Source: Rhizodiscina lignyota (taxonomy: Eukaryota). From it: DNA of 64,000 nt. The stretch is from positions 372,001 through 436,000 of the forward strand of contig ML978136.1 of assembly GCA_010015805.1 (NCBI GenBank), given 5' to 3'. The notes below the pieces were generated by a model. That model ran no database searches. It was not told where the DNA came from and saw nothing but the letters and a program-made list of their open reading frames with translations. Made by a program: the position numbers and the translations under genes. Shown piece after piece: positions 37,817-51,460 of this stretch. Position 1 is the first letter of the stretch. Every line of letters begins with the position of its first letter.

Positions 37817-38230
37817 ATGGCACCACCAGCCAGAATTCCTCGTCACGTCGCCGAACTGGTCGGCTACACGCCTTGCTCCGTGGTGGCAGCCGGAACGAGG
37901 CGAGCAGTGGCGAAGCCACTGCATAGCAAGTCGAAGGAGGTCTCCAAGAGGGATGCGATGGGGGTCGCGTGCTCCCGAACCAAGTTTACGGAGAGGCTGT
38001 TGGCAGCGCGGGAGGAGGGTGGTAAGGAGAAGATTACCATCAAGTTGAGAGGGTTGCGGGCTGCGCGGAGGGAGCAGCAGAGAGAGGAGAGGGCAGCGCG
38101 GACGCGGAGAAGGGCGAGGATGCAGGAAGGCAAGCTCCCGCGGCCCTTGGAGCCAGAGAAGATGGTGAAGGTGAAGAAGGAGGAGACGGAGCCGATGATG
38201 ATCAAGCTCCGTGGTTGGAGCCAGAAGTGA
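37817..38230 (+). CDS. Small basic (Arg/Lys-rich) orphan protein
   Basis: 137-aa ORF, good start context (CACAATGG), C/A-rich leader, GC-rich third positions. Confidence 0.55.
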   Translation: MAPPARIPRHVAELVGYTPCSVVAAGTRRAVAKPLHSKSKEVSKRDAMGVACSRTKFTERLLAAREEGGKEKITIKLRGLRAARREQQREERAARTRRRARMQEGKLPRPLEPEKMVKVKKEETEPMMIKLRGWSQK

Positions 38231-38943
38231 GGTTGGGGGTTGAATCGGATTTGTATGTAGATTCATTGCGTGATAGTCAAAATACAATTCATTCTCAGAT
38301 CTATATTATATCGATGCTTATGCAACAGTGCGAAGGTGCTTGAAGAATGACTTTGCGGAATCCTCTCAATGCTCGCCCAACAATATAACCGTGTGAGAGG
38401 GAAAAGCTTCCCAAGTCTGGTAGATGCTTGCGCCTTGGTGATTGTAGCAGAAGAGGCACTCCACGCCAATGATATCGCAGGTTCAAATATTGTACGATGT
38501 TTGTTGAAGAAGACGGCAGGCCAATACTACTTATGCTTAATCATACTGCGAAGGAAGCAGTAGCAAAAGGACGTCTACTTGAACAGGGGCTGCTAGTCTG
38601 TGCGCAATGGTGTTTCTGACATTTTGGGAAAGGTGCATCTGCAGCGCAACCCTCGGTACTACCCGCTTCGCAAAGCTTGAAGTAACGAGTCAGAAGAATT
38701 TCTTCGGTACCAATCGCACCATGCTCCGTTGTACCATTCTATCACCAAAGACATTTCATTCTGGGAGATTTCATCATCGCACGCATCCAAGTTTCACGAC
38801 TTCAGGGCGTACATCGAAGAATTTGGCACAATGTCACGAGTGGAACTCCCGGCTGTCATTGAGAATCGGAAGATGCGTGAGGGTGGTGCATGCAAAAGTG
38901 GTGCAAGCAAAACGCGAATACGAATTTGAACTATTCTAAATGA

Positions 38944-39297
38944 TCACTTAACCAGCCTCACTGTTGAGTACTCCGACCCCGTGCTCTCCCCCTCTTTCTC
39001 CTTCTCCCGCTTCGCCTTCTCCAGCACCCCCTTCAGGACCTCCTTGTTGGTCCACCATAGCGGCCCATACACCTCCTCCACCCGCTCCTCTTTCCGGGCC
39101 GCGCAGAACATGCACGCCATGTCCCCGAAGGTTGTCGATGCGTAGGCGTGCTCGCCGAGCAGGCAGGGGCCCGATGAGTAAGGGCATGACGGCTCTCTTG
39201 GCGAGGTTGGTGTGGCCGTGGTGGGAGCGTTCTTTGGCGCCGGCTTGGTTGACTTGTTGCTGCGCTTGGCGAGCGCTTTTTTGATTCCGAAGACCAT
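38944..39297 (-). CDS. Small orphan protein with C-x6-C-x4-H..CxxC motif
   Basis: 117-aa ORF, CACAATGG context, AATAAATA upstream, GC3-rich codons. Confidence 0.55.
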   Translation of the reverse strand: MVFGIKKALAKRSNKSTKPAPKNAPTTATPTSPREPSCPYSSGPCLLGEHAYASTTFGDMACMFCAARKEERVEEVYGPLWWTNKEVLKGVLEKAKREKEKEGESTGSEYSTVRLVK

Positions 39298-39894
39298 TGT
39301 GGTGGTGGTGGTGGTTGTGGTGTGGATTGATGAGTTGATATTTGATGATCAGGTTGTTATGGTTGAGTTGCTTTGATGGCTTGATGCTTGAGAGTATATG
39401 AGAGTGGGTAGTATTAAGTCTGATAGAGAAGAAAGGAGAATCGAGAGAGGAGAGGACCTATTTATTCATTTCTCATAGCTACCAGATCAACGCTCTGATT
39501 CCACCGTTGATAGTCGAAGTTGATTCGCTCTTTCAACGGCCATCAAGTGAAGTGGCGAGCCATTGAGAAACCACACATGTCGCAAACACACTCATCAAAT
39601 AATGGCTTTGTGAAAATAGATGAGAAAGCAATGAGATCATGCGACTTACGGATGCCCCTATTGTAATTGAATGCAATGACAGCAGTGGAGAGAGGGATTG
39701 TGCAGAAGATGTTTCCAAACAGGTTCACTCAGACGCTGCACCTATGTACGATGATAGGAAGGCCACACGGAGATTACCCACAAAATATTTGGATATCTTA
39801 GGTCAAAAGCAGTGCCAAATGATCCACTCATTGCTCATGTTATGAATGGAAGCAGCGGCTGCGAAAAGTTCTCAACTCCCCCTCTATCATATAC

Positions 39895-42800
39895 TTACAT
39901 CACAACACACTCTCTATCCGGGGCCTTCCCTCTCTTCTTCACCTTCTCCTTACTCCTACCTCGCGCAATGTCCCCATAGCTCGCAGTCACCGGCCGTCCG
40001 TCCATCTCCATACTGCTCCTCTTAGCAGCAGCAATCTCCGCATCCGAAACCGTCAACCTGCCACGGCTCCGGCTGCGCTTGTCCTTGTCCTTCTTGTCCT
40101 TGTCCTCGCTGCCGCCAAGGCTTAGCCCCATCTGACGGCGCAGGGACTTGCTGCGTCCAATGCCGGAGCTAGACTTGGCGTTCTCTTTCTCTGCCATCGC
40201 AGAGGGGGAGACGTTGCGGCTTGCCGACGGCTTCGGTGTGGTGATGGTGAGATGCTGCTGCTCTGAAGGGCGGATCGGGGTCTCGCTGATCTCGTTGACT
40301 GTAACAACCGGATCTGGCTCCTTGTCTACGCTGGTGGTCGTGCTCCCGTTAGTTCCACCGCCTGCAGCGCTCGAGAGTCCTGCAAGCAGCTTGTCGCGCG
40401 ACATCTTCCCGGTGAGTCTGCTCATCGTCAAGCTTAACCTGTTCTCGCCGGATTGACTGCTCGGCCGACTCTTGCGCTCTCTTCGTTCCACATCCATGCT
40501 CAGCCTGCCCTTGTCGCTCTTACTGCCGCGCCTGCTTCCTATGTTAGAAAGCCAGCCGGTTCTGCTCTCGTCTGCGGGCGTTACTGGGGCTGTTGATGGC
40601 GTCTTGATGGATCCATTGACAGAAGGTGTCGCGGTGCCTGCGGAGTGAAGCGCTTCTTCAAACGTGACGGAGGAGCGGCGACCAGGGTCTAGGCTCGTGC
40701 GGCCGCGACGTTCGGGCGTTAGGTCGACGGTGCTGTGAGTCGCGGTGGTCGTTGTACTCTGAGCTGTGGACGCATCATGTATAAAATCGGTGACATCAGT
40801 CATCGAGGATACGGTAGTAAGCGGCTTTGCTGCAAGAGCGGACGCATTAAATGGGTTCTCATTGGTGGTTTCACAGGGCGTGTGGACAATTGATCCAGAC
40901 GGAGTGGTTATGAGTACTTCAGACGACGGCTTCGAGGCAAGGGCGCTCGCCCCTGCAACAACTGCCTCTGAAGTAGATATATCGGATCGGCTGGTGTCGC
41001 TGCTGTCATGCCCACTTGCAGAGTGGATTGTGTCGGCAGCGGCTGGGAGATCCTGATGCGACGCCGCATTTGCTTCGGCATAAGTAGGAGGGACCTCATC
41101 TTCGACCGGCTGGACTTGATAGAACAATAAGTATGGCGATTCCTCTTTCAGCGCCTCCTTAATATCGACGTAAGTAACACGTTCCTTCGCCAAATCATCG
41201 AAGCGCATCCATGGTGACTCTGCATCCGCGGTCGAAGGCTGCCGCGGTGTAACACCGCGAACGAGGGAGATGTAGTGGCCAGCATTGGTTGAAACTCCAC
41301 GGTGGCAGACAACTGATTCCAAGGAGAGCTTGAAATCACCGAAATCTTCGCGAGCGTGCTCATCAGAAACAAATTCAGGCAATGCAATCTCTAGGGGTAT
41401 ATCGACGAAAGTATTTTTGCGTTTTGAAACACCGCGGTCGTTGACTTCGTATCGCTTGAGGCAAATGCCAAGCACAGGCCTCTTCGTCTGGAAATGCGCC
41501 GCAACTTGCGCGTCGCTCGTGGGATTCGTGTCCGTGTACCACGCTACAAGTTAATTTTTAGTAAAACAGGCTGCATTAAGGATGACAGCGTGGCACCTAC
41601 GAATCAGGCTGAAAAATTGCCAAGCAGGCATCAGAACTTCTTTCCTAATCGTGCCCGCTCTCGGCCGGGCGCTCGTGACTGATGCGTCATCTTGTGACTT
41701 GCGCCCCTCTTCGACCCGCTTCTCACCAAAGATGCTATCCGTTCGATGGCGTGAGCTTAGCGGTCGTTGTGGAGAAATAGGTGTTGTGGGGCTCATTGGG
41801 CTCATGGGGCTCTTGGGAAGCGGTGAAGCAGGAGACTGTGATCGGGATCGGACTTCGGTGGTTTCTATGTGTATTGCCTGGCTTTTGGAGGCATCGACTG
41901 AACGCAAGGATTGGAGGGTATTTCGACGGTGGAGTAATCGCTTGACCTCGATCTTGTTGTTGAAGTAGTTCTCGAGGCACTCTTCGAGTGTGACGCTGCC
42001 ACCACTCTCTGACGGGTCCGGTATGGCAACTTCGAGGAGGCGCTCGTGCACCACTCTGTGATCGTCCTTAAGGTCCTCTTTGCCGAAGTGATAGATGTCC
42101 ATCTTTAGCGTGAGCAGCGGCAGCTGCAATTTGTCTGTGATGAAAGTGAAAGCTTCGGAGGTGTCTTGCTGGTGCAGCTCCGCTGCTTCAGCCCAACCGC
42201 ACTCGGCCAGCGCTTCTTGGAGCTGTTTGGTCTAGTAGATCAATTAGTATCTCGTCTTTTCACAGATTTTGGCGACATACAATATCCGTCGTGATCAACT
42301 TTCCAGACCGCAGCATGTTTACCCAAAGGCGTAGTAGCTCTGCCAACTTCTTGCGCGGGGTATCTGTAAAGGTATCGAATAGTAGTGCCTCAAAGCTATC
42401 CAATCGCGCAAACATGGAAAACAGAAGCGCATCGAGGTAGCATGTCACTGCTTCTCTATTCTCTGCACCGAGCATCTTTATAGCGGGATTATATTCTCGG
42501 ACAATGCCCTCCACGGAGTCTTCGAAAGTTTGGAGCAACGATAAGGCCTTGTCGACGTCGCCATTTGCAGACTTTGATCGGAGAGCATACTCGATCTGCG
42601 CTTCTTGAAGGTTCGCGATTCCGAGCTTCGTTAACCGGAGAGTGACCGCCTTGACCTGAGAGCGGGTGTGAGCAGTTGGCTATCAGTGGCGCATGTCGCG
42701 ACCCACCTTCTTCTCCTCCTCTTTGTCGGTTTTCTTCTTGTTGTCTTCGTAGCTAAAGACATGGTAGAGATCCGAAGAAACAGCGCCGCTCTGTGTAGAA

Positions 42801-42938
42801 AGCGCATCAGCTCTCGCAATTCAAAATGGCCGGACGCGCTCCGTATGGGCTTTATTGGAGTAGCCTTACCTTGCTCGCCGAGCTGTGCTTTGGATGCTTC
42901 TTCTCGCGCTTGCTGAGGAAGCGCTGCATACCGTTCAT
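39895..42938 (-). CDS. Fungal ubiquitin C-terminal hydrolase (USP family), C-terminal CAAX-like CVVM
   Basis: Cys box ENREAVTCYLDALLFSMF; QQDTSEAFTF; His box VCHRGVSTNAGHYISLVR; WMRFDDL; PYLLFYQ; start uncertain (42938 or 42977). Confidence 0.9.
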
Positions 42939-43494
42939 CTTCTCACCGTCCTTCGGCTGGTCAAGCCATGAAGGCATCTGGGGGGAAATTTGGGCGCGGC
43001 GCGATTATGTGTAGAGCCGTGCTCGCTTCAGTGCTTCCCGCGTCTTGTTGATGGCGACGACCTTGGCCGCGGGGTATGCGCGATTCGCCAATGTCAGATC
43101 GCTGCTGATCCACGGAACATCGCAATCATCTGCGTTTTCGGGCGCGGGTGGGTGGTTATATCGAGATTGCTCACGGCGCTAGATCGTGCCGTCAATTGAT
43201 AGCCTGCGACGGCGGAGGAGGCGAAGGCGCGGATGGACAGGCAGTCGTGATGAACACCGCGCGGACATTCATTCGCAACCGGCTGTTTTGTGAATGAACC
43301 CAGGGTCTTGGCCAGCCAACAAGACACCGCCTAAGGAACCCCTGCTTCCAAGTGCTTCCAGCTTGGCACTTGCTGCTGCAGCCTGCACCGACCACTTGCC
43401 GGCGCTAGTTGAATGCTCCAAAATTTCTCGGCGTGAGAGAGGGAAGCGCGCGTTGTGCATTTCACCCCCGAAAGGCCGAGCGAATATAGCAACA

Positions 43495-44663
43495 ATGGCC
43501 TTGCGAGAGGGAGGCTCGATGCTTGGGACTGCCCTAAGGCCTCGATTGCGACCTCTTTCGCAATGTGTCTGCCATCGAGCGCGCCGCCCGGCTTCGACGG
43601 CTGCGAGCGACGAGCTGGAGCAGAACTCTTCGCTCGTGACTGCTGCCTCCGCCGCTGGTGTCGTCAGCCAGTTTGACCCCTTGGCCAGCAGTCGGGCACG
43701 AGGAGGGCGACAATTGCCACGAAGCAGGTAAGAGCCGGTGCATCTGATCTGCAGTCCACTATAGCTCTCATTATTTGCGCGCTGACGTCTGTTCTGAAAG
43801 GTATCAATATCGACCACCAAAATACTACCGCGGTCCTCTGCACCCCCATCAGCCTCCTCCACCTTCTGATCCTGCATCGCGCGAGTTCGTTCCTGGCCCA
43901 TTCTCTTCATCTCGACTCGAGCAGACATACCACTCCACCATTGCCCCCGACATTCTCGCCCTAGCCTACACACATTACCCTCCCGGATTCAGGCCACCGA
44001 CAAAAGCCGAACGGTTACGAGAATGGACCGGCGAAAGCCCGTATTTCAAGAATCGACCACGGAAGGGACCGCGCGGAAGTAGCGAATTGCCTCCCCTCAG
44101 GAAGCCAATTACTTTTCGCAATGTACCAAAGGTCACAGGAGTGGTAGTCCACTCCCAATCCAGCGAAGCCAACGAGGACTCTGCATATCTGCACGTAGCC
44201 GGAATGGTCATCCAGGCAATCACAAACACGCGAGTCGAGACATTTAAGGCAAAGAAGGCCGTCAACCAGTGGGGACAGAAGAAGGGCAAGTACGTATCAG
44301 TAACTGCGACGCTAAAAGGAGAAGACATGTACGATTTCCTGGGCAGATGTATCGATTTGGTGCTCCCAAGAATAAAGGAGTGGAAAGGGGTGCGAGGGAG
44401 CTCTGGTGATAGCACTGGGAATATCTCGTTCGGCCTGGATCCTGTTGCAGTCTCGTATTTCCCCGAAATCGAGGTCAACTACGACATGTGAGAGCCGATG
44501 ACCCAGAAGACTTACTACCAATATGCTAATGACGAGTAGGTATCCACCGAAGATGATCCCTGGCTGTCATGTGACAGTTCAGACTTCCGCCGTGACCGAC
44601 AGAGACGCGCGTCTGTTACTTTCTTCAATAGGTGTGCCATTCTACGGCAAACTCGTCGACTAG
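43495..44663 (+). CDS. MRPL7: Mitochondrial ribosomal protein uL5m
   Basis: YFKNRPRKGPRG, VPKVTGVVVHS, LVLPRIKEWKG, SSGDSTGNISFG, FPEIEVNYDM/YP; 2 introns. Confidence 0.93.
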
Positions 44664-45180
44664 CTTCGCCTGTGGTGATAGGCAATGTATAGATACCTGT
44701 ACAAACTTGTAGCATATGTGATATGGCATACTCATTAACGAGGGTATTCTTTAAATTCAATAAGACATATGTGATAGCTGACGACTAGCTCCCTGTAAAT
44801 CCTACTGGCTCCCTGCTACACGAAACTATTACGGGATCGTCCAAGATGGAGTTGCCATTGACTGTGCGTGCACCGTTGCTTGTAACGCAGTTCGAGGAGA
44901 CCTCCCATTCCGAAAACTGAGTGACCTTATCGAAGGAGTTGACTTGAATTTGCCTTTGACTCGTGTTCACCCTCCCTTCTGGAACTTCTGGAAGTGATGG
45001 AAGTCACACCGCAAAGGATCCAGACTTTTTGGAACGATCAAAATTTTAATTTGAGTTGATTAACGAGGCAGCCCGAATTGGCTTCTGTTATTCCTGGGAG
45101 TAGAAAAATCGACTTTTACCGAGACATTGCTTTTGAACGGAAGCAGCAAAGTGGCATCAGCCGACGAACAAAACCTGCCT

Positions 45181-46336
45181 CTAGTCTACGAGCTCTTCCT
45201 TCTCGATCTGCTCTTTCGAGGGTGACCACTTGTCCTGGAGTTGTTTGTCCAGCGTCAATCCGTAGACGTCTTTCTCCCACCATTCGCCCCAGCTAGTGAG
45301 GAAGATGCGATCTGGGTCTTCAGGAAAGTCGTTTCTATTGAGCGCCTCTAGGATTGACTTGGCTCCTGCAAAGAGTCAGAACTCGGAATATTAGATGTAT
45401 AGGGCTGCCCTTTACCTTCTGGGAGGGTCTTCGCGTCCGGCAGGTCCTTCGGAATCTGGAAGTTCGAGTAGCGATTCAGCCCGGTATACGGAATTAGTCC
45501 TGTATACGTCAATTTCGGGTGGACTTTATGTATCTCGGATAGCGAAGAGACTGACCTGGAGAGACCGCAATGACATCGCACTGGCCTGTAAGCTGGCGTC
45601 GCCAGTAGTGCGCATTGAGCAACTGCGTGAATTTGGTGTTGGCGTATGTTTCGAAGAAGTCGACTCCGGATTTCGCTTTCAGTTGCTCATCGAGCGAGCC
45701 TTCAGTTAAATTCAACATTAGCTGCTTTCCTCGTTGCGCATAAAGGGCATGACTGACTGGTGTCCTTCACGTTCCTTACACCTCCAGATGATACGACGAC
45801 GACGCGGGATTTTGATGCGACCAATTTCTCACGTAGGAGATGAATGAGATAGTGCTGAGCTGTGGAAAGCACTGGTGAGCATGCGGCATATGCTTGGAAG
45901 ACATAGATTCTTCATACAAAGATGATTGACGATGTACGACTCGCACCACTTCGACCCATTGACACCGGGCTGATCGGCGGCTTTTGAGAGCGCGGCATTG
46001 AGCAGCAAGATGTCGAGCTTGTCGCTGCCGAGCTTGTCGAGTGTCTGCCGTGCAAAGGTCTTGACAGTTCTCAGATCAGCCAGCTCGAGGGGAAGCACGG
46101 TCACGCTATGCGTCTTGCTGTCGTAGGAGAGACCGTCATAGTCAGCCTGGGCTTTCTTGGTGTCTCGAGCACCGAGAATAACTCGATACGGCTGAGTCTG
46201 TTGAAGAAGCTGCTTTATGGCTTCAAAGCCCTGTTGACGAGGTTCGTGAATTTTCTCAGGGGTAACAGTATCAAGGGATGCTCACGAGTCCGGAGGTTAC
46301 GCCAGTTGCGACAATAGTCTTTGCGATGCTTGCCAT
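45181..46336 (-). CDS. Short-chain dehydrogenase/reductase, multi-exon
   Basis: TIVATGVTSGL/GFEA, LDILLLNAA, VNHL, YANTK, AVSPG; last exon FPEDPDRIFLTSWGEWW..EELVD*. Confidence 0.88.
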
Positions 46337-47475
46337 GGTCGATTTTGCAATTGGGATAAAGCAGAGCTGCTTTTGCAGCTGCTCCTAACAGTTGATATTT
46401 GATCTTAGCCTGGAAACGATCGTCCAGTTATATGTATGACGCGTTTAGAAGTGCCTTGGTGGATGCTTACCGTTGTGGGACCAGCTCCGCTAAAATCCGT
46501 CCGACTGAAAGGTCTTGCGGGGTTATCGCTATTTTTGATTGATAATTGAACTGGTCCGATACGTACAGAAAAATTGAATTAATAGTGTGATTGAAGACTG
46601 GTTTCTGTGTAACCGCCGCACAAGTCGTGCGGAGGTGCGGAGGTGCGGACGAACGTTCAGAATTAGCTCGAGTTAAATGTATTTTCCAGCTAAATCCATG
46701 TCCATGTTTCGACGCACAGATAATACGGTATGAGCGAGAAGAGAGTGCATTTTCGGTATCTATGCTATTCTATAGATCGCTAGAACTACAACAAAACTAA
46801 GTACTAGATAACTGCCTGTGGACACCCCTCATCAAACTGTCAAGGATGGAGCTATACGTGTAAGAGACAGGAAACATATATGTAGCTATGTAACGGAAAG
46901 CAAGTCGACGGTGTACGATACTACTCTTTAATGACGAACAGAGTCTGGGGAACAGCTGTTGAAGGGAGAGAGGCCGTGAAATAACCCTCTTGCTACGGTC
47001 TTTATCAGTTGGTGTTGCCCTTGTTCGCTCTGTGGTAGAGTGCTGGGGCAGGCTTCTCTGAAAACTGAACACGATTATGACATTCAGTACGGACGGCCCT
47101 GGAGCCTTCTCTGCTGTTTCTGCAACATAGTCTTAGGATCCACGCCATTCCGGAAGACTCCCATTCATTACTAGCAACAGGAAGCTCTCGCCACTAAAGA
47201 GCTCCCCACAAAGACATGGATTAGAGGACTGAGATGTATTGAGGGTGAAGCTGGTAGGATCTACTGAAAGAAGGTACCAACTCTCGTCGCCAGGAAAAAG
47301 ACATAATTGCTGAAACCAATTGGACCCCGAGTTCCCACCAAACGCCGATCGCTCGTGAAGAATATTGTACATCCGATCGGAATCTCGTAGACTGGTATCG
47401 ACAAAGGAGAACTAGACACCGCCTCAACCCTCTCCTTCAAGCTCCGTCCATCTCTTGTTAACCCAGCTTCTCGAC

Positions 47476-47968
47476 TCATGAAAAGCTAACAAACTTAGGA
47501 TCCCTCGGAAGTCCATCTTCCGCAATGCCAGCCTTCTTAAACCGCTCCTGCATCCAAATGCGTCGCGCCTCATCAAATCCAACCTTCTTCTTCCGCATAA
47601 TCTTCTGCACCTGTCGTTTCCCTTCCTCGTCGAGCCCGCCGCGGCTGTCACCAGCCTCGATGTTGTCGGCGAGGTTGAAAGTGGACGAGGAGAGGCCGGA
47701 CTCGGCATCGCTTTGGAAATTTGACGGGAGTTGCGTGTAGAGGTAGGAAGACTGCATCCATGAGGGTAGGCGTGGAGTCGGGAGCTGGATGGCAGGAACG
47801 GAGAAGGGGAGGAGAGGCGCCCAGCGGGAACGAGTTACATAGAGGACTGGACGGTTATTAGCTTAGGCTCTGAGGCGATATGCAAAGATGGCTGTTGGAG
47901 ATATAGGTCAACGTACCTGTTGCGATAATGAGGAATACGAAAGAAAGAGTAAAGAGGATGTATGCCAT
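47476..47968 (-). CDS. DUF2015 (UPF0357) fungal membrane protein
   Basis: N-terminal TM exon; FQSDAESGLSSSTFNL..GDSRGGLD..FDEARR..DGLPRDPKFVSFS. Confidence 0.88.
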
Positions 47969-48376
47969 CGCAATAGCCTGAGAGTCGCTGGATCAGCGGC
48001 TGCTTCGGGATTGATATTTAATAGAAATTCGACAGAGTGAAGGGGGTCAGACCCTTCAGCACCATAAGCTGGAAGGGAAGATGAAGAAGCCGCGTAGCTC
48101 TCCGCGAGCTTCGCCGCGTTGATGTACGAAACGCCAACTAGGTATGGCCACTGTCTCTGCCTTCGTCCGTCAGCCTCCGCACCTGTCGTCAGCTCTCCTC
48201 CGCGGCACTTCCCGAGGCCGCGAGCACCGCCACACCGTAGCCCTATCGGCATCAATATTTGTCCGCGGACCGATGCGCCTTATGCCGTTTTGGGAATTTT
48301 CGACTTCGCACAGCGACCAACGACGCGCGAATTGTAGGTTGAAGAGAAAATCACCCTTCGACCCAAATACGACAAG

Positions 48377-48997
48377 ATGGCGGATCACTTTTCACCAGAC
48401 CTGATCTGGGAGATCACTCGTACGTGCTGCTCCAATTACGGATAATCTTCTAGCAGCCACATCGCTAGGAGGAGCGAAAACCCGCATCAATAGCTAACAT
48501 GATCTCCAATCAGGCAAGAGGAGCGCCATGCTCGTGAAGCGCAAGCAGGCCGGAGGCGTGCAATTCTCAAAAGACCCTCTCAACCTCACGAACATCCACT
48601 CGCGAAAGGTTCGCCTGGTCTCCAATTCCAATGTCAACATAACACTGACCGAGACGGCACACAGTATGAAGGCTTCGTAAACGACAAGGCCATCGGCGTC
48701 CAGCCCGCCGCGAACCAGGAGAAGGGCGTCACGCTCTTCACGAAGAAGTCGCACCAGGCGAACAAGCCCGCCTCGGAGCTGCAGACCACCACGTTCGGCC
48801 CATCCACCAGCTCGCGCAAGACGTACCGCAGCATTGTGAGCCAGACGGCAGGCAGGGGCTATCGTCCAGACCTGAGGCAGAGCGCTGTTGCGAGGGCTAG
48901 CGCGATCAAGCTGAGCCAGAAGGACAAGAAGGCGAATCCGCCGGTTAAGCTGAGGGGAGCGAGAGCCAAGAAGGCGAAGGACGAAGGAAAGGCGTAG
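48377..48997 (+). CDS. RPL28: 60S ribosomal protein eL28
   Basis: MADHFSPDLIWEIT / KRKQAGGVQFSKDPLNLTNIHSRK / YEGFVNDKAIG..GYRPDLRQSAVARASAI; 2 introns. Confidence 0.93.
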
Positions 48998-49479
48998 AGG
49001 ATGCGTATACGAAAGTCGTGCGAGGGGTGTGAGGGAAGTTAAGATGAACAGTCCATAGGTGGATTTTCAAGCATTGTTCGATGGCGCTGCGGTTCCAGGA
49101 CGAGCACCAGAAATATGATTTCAATCCAAGCCGCTGCTTTGCCGCTACCCGTGCAGTTGAAGCATTGTTTCCAAATATCTTCTACTACCCTCTCTACTGC
49201 TCCGAGAGCGTGGTCTTATGTGACTTTCTCTTCACGAAGTGAGACGACTTTTGAGAGTCTGTACACGCCTTCTCAATCACTTCACCAGCGCACGAACATG
49301 CATTCTGCAACGACTCTTCACAGTCCTTTTGTTGATTTGGCAGTTTTATCACGTGTGCGAGGGCCCTTCCAATTGGTATTCACGCGGGTGACAAAATAGT
49401 TGAGCTGGACTGACCTGAACGGCTGTAGTAATAACAAGTATTATTCTTCAGCACATGCGAGAGCATCTCTGAAGCCTCG

Positions 49480-49900
49480 ATTACATGAATACTAGAGTAT
49501 ATTTATTAAAATCGTATAGCTTTAGTATATATAACCTTAATTAACTGACGAGGATATACATCCTCGCGGCTCGATATATTACAGCCTCGACTCAACTATT
49601 TTGTCACCCACTTGGTATTTCTCACTATTCGAATTGGGCTCACAAAATTCATGCAATGGGATTGGTTATTGTAATTTCTTGAATTGGGCAGTTAGGAACT
49701 GCAGGTGCCCTAGTACGAGAACCCTAAAGGGGACCGATCCAATAAGTTAAAAGTCAAAAAGTCCTATTAGAGAGCTAAGATATATATAGAGCATAGTTCT
49801 CGATTACTATACTCCCTTAAAGGTATAAGATTCGATCAATCTGTATACGAGATCGGGGCATAATTAGCCTCTATATACAGTTAAGATTTAATAGCACTGT
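49480..49900. mobile_element. AT-rich, TpA-rich relic, possibly RIP-mutated repeat
   Basis: Abrupt AT/TpA enrichment with few CpA/TpG between convergent RPL28 and HSH49; no ORF; small hairpin 49549-49566. Confidence 0.4.
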
Positions 49901-50204
49901 GCGCACGACGCTTCGTGTCCGCTAGCCATATAGTAGAGAAGCACAAAGAGAAAGGTTTAGGAGGAGTTGGCACTCTGATGGCAGCAGGCGCTGCCTTACC
50001 ATTGTTAATCGGTGGACTGCATACTCTAAAATAACCATATCCACCCCTCATTGAGAAAAAACCATCGTCGTTCAACTCAGTCCGTCACCGTTAAACAACC
50101 ACGAAACTAACCGCCAACTCATCAACTCCTTTGAATGCTAACCTGAAAGACACCGAGTTCGCCATCATGTGCTAGTTATGAGGTCTGTCGAGCGTTCATC
50201 ACCT

Positions 50205-51460
50205 TTATCTGCGTGGATAACCCGGAGGAGGCGCACCAGGCTGGTGTTGACCAGGGAAGCCAGGAGGAGGAGGAACCGGGAATCCAGGAGGCATGAAGCC
50301 AGCTGGGCCACCATAGCCAGCCTGACTAGGAGGAGGACGAGCAGGAAGACCAGAGGGGGGCGGAGGAAGAGGGTTGCTCGGCGGAGCGTGGCGGTGATGA
50401 GCCTGCGGAGGTGGAGGATACGCCTGAGTCTGATAGCTTGGCGGAGGAACCGGCGAGTGCGACGGCATGCCGTTTGGCGGAGGACCTACAGGGCCACCTG
50501 GAGGAGGAGCGAAGGGCGAGTTACCGACCGGGGTGCCGGTGAGGCCTTGACGCGGATCCATGGGCATTCCGCCTGGCACTGGGCCTCCGTATGGAGCCAT
50601 CATGCCACCGGCAGGTGCAGGAGGAGCGCCGAACATTGGCGCGATCGGCTGAGTAGGGATCGAGACGCCGTGCTGCATGGCCTCGGCAGCGAGACGACGC
50701 TCGGCCTCGTCACCGTGACGCTTGCCGGCGCCATCCTTCTTGAATGCGTACTGGACAGAGATCTCCTTGTTGTTGAGGAACTGGCCATGCATGTGCTTGA
50801 TAGCGTCGTCGGCAGCCTCGAAGGTAGCGTAGGAGAGGAAGCCGAAGCCCTTGCTGAGGCCAGCGTCGTCACGCGCAACCTATGTTATGATCAGATCGAG
50901 GGTCCCAAACATGAATGTTAAGAACGGCAAGTGAAAATCAAAAACAGCAGTGTCGCGTGATGCGTGCGGGGATGTAAACACACCTTTGGGATAGCCACCA
51001 ACAGTCCGAATCTGACGAATGTATCGTAGAGCGCGGTCTCGTCAACCATCGGGTCCAAGTTGCCCACGAACACCTCAGCACCGATCTCGAGCTGCTTCTG
51101 CTTGTCGGCGCTGGCTTTGTTGACCCTGATTGGCTTGGTGAACATTTTGATGCCGTTCATGATCTTGGAGGCGTAGTCCGCGTCCTTCTCGCCCTTGAAC
51201 TCGACGAAGCCATAGCCTTGGTGCTTCTGGCTGACGCGATCTTTGGGAAGGTGGACATTTACGACGGGGCCAGCATGGTTCATCAACTCGGCGATAAGTT
51301 TGTCAGTGACGCGCTCATCAAGATTGCCGACGTAGACAGTCGCCTCTTTATTCTGCTCCCTAATGCGATTGGATAAGTTTGGGTATGAACGCAAAAAGAA
51401 ATTGTCTCGGGGGGGAGCTTTCCAATGAGGACGCTCGCCGAAAGTACCGCGGTAGGCCAT
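50205..51460 (-). CDS. HSH49: U2 snRNP SF3b subunit 4 (two RRMs + Pro-rich tail)
   Basis: [71 protein letters not shown]. Confidence 0.95.

Noticed and set aside
49577..49846. Tc1/mariner MITE (TACAG...CTGTA)
   Set aside because: Inverted-repeat match does not extend beyond a few bases
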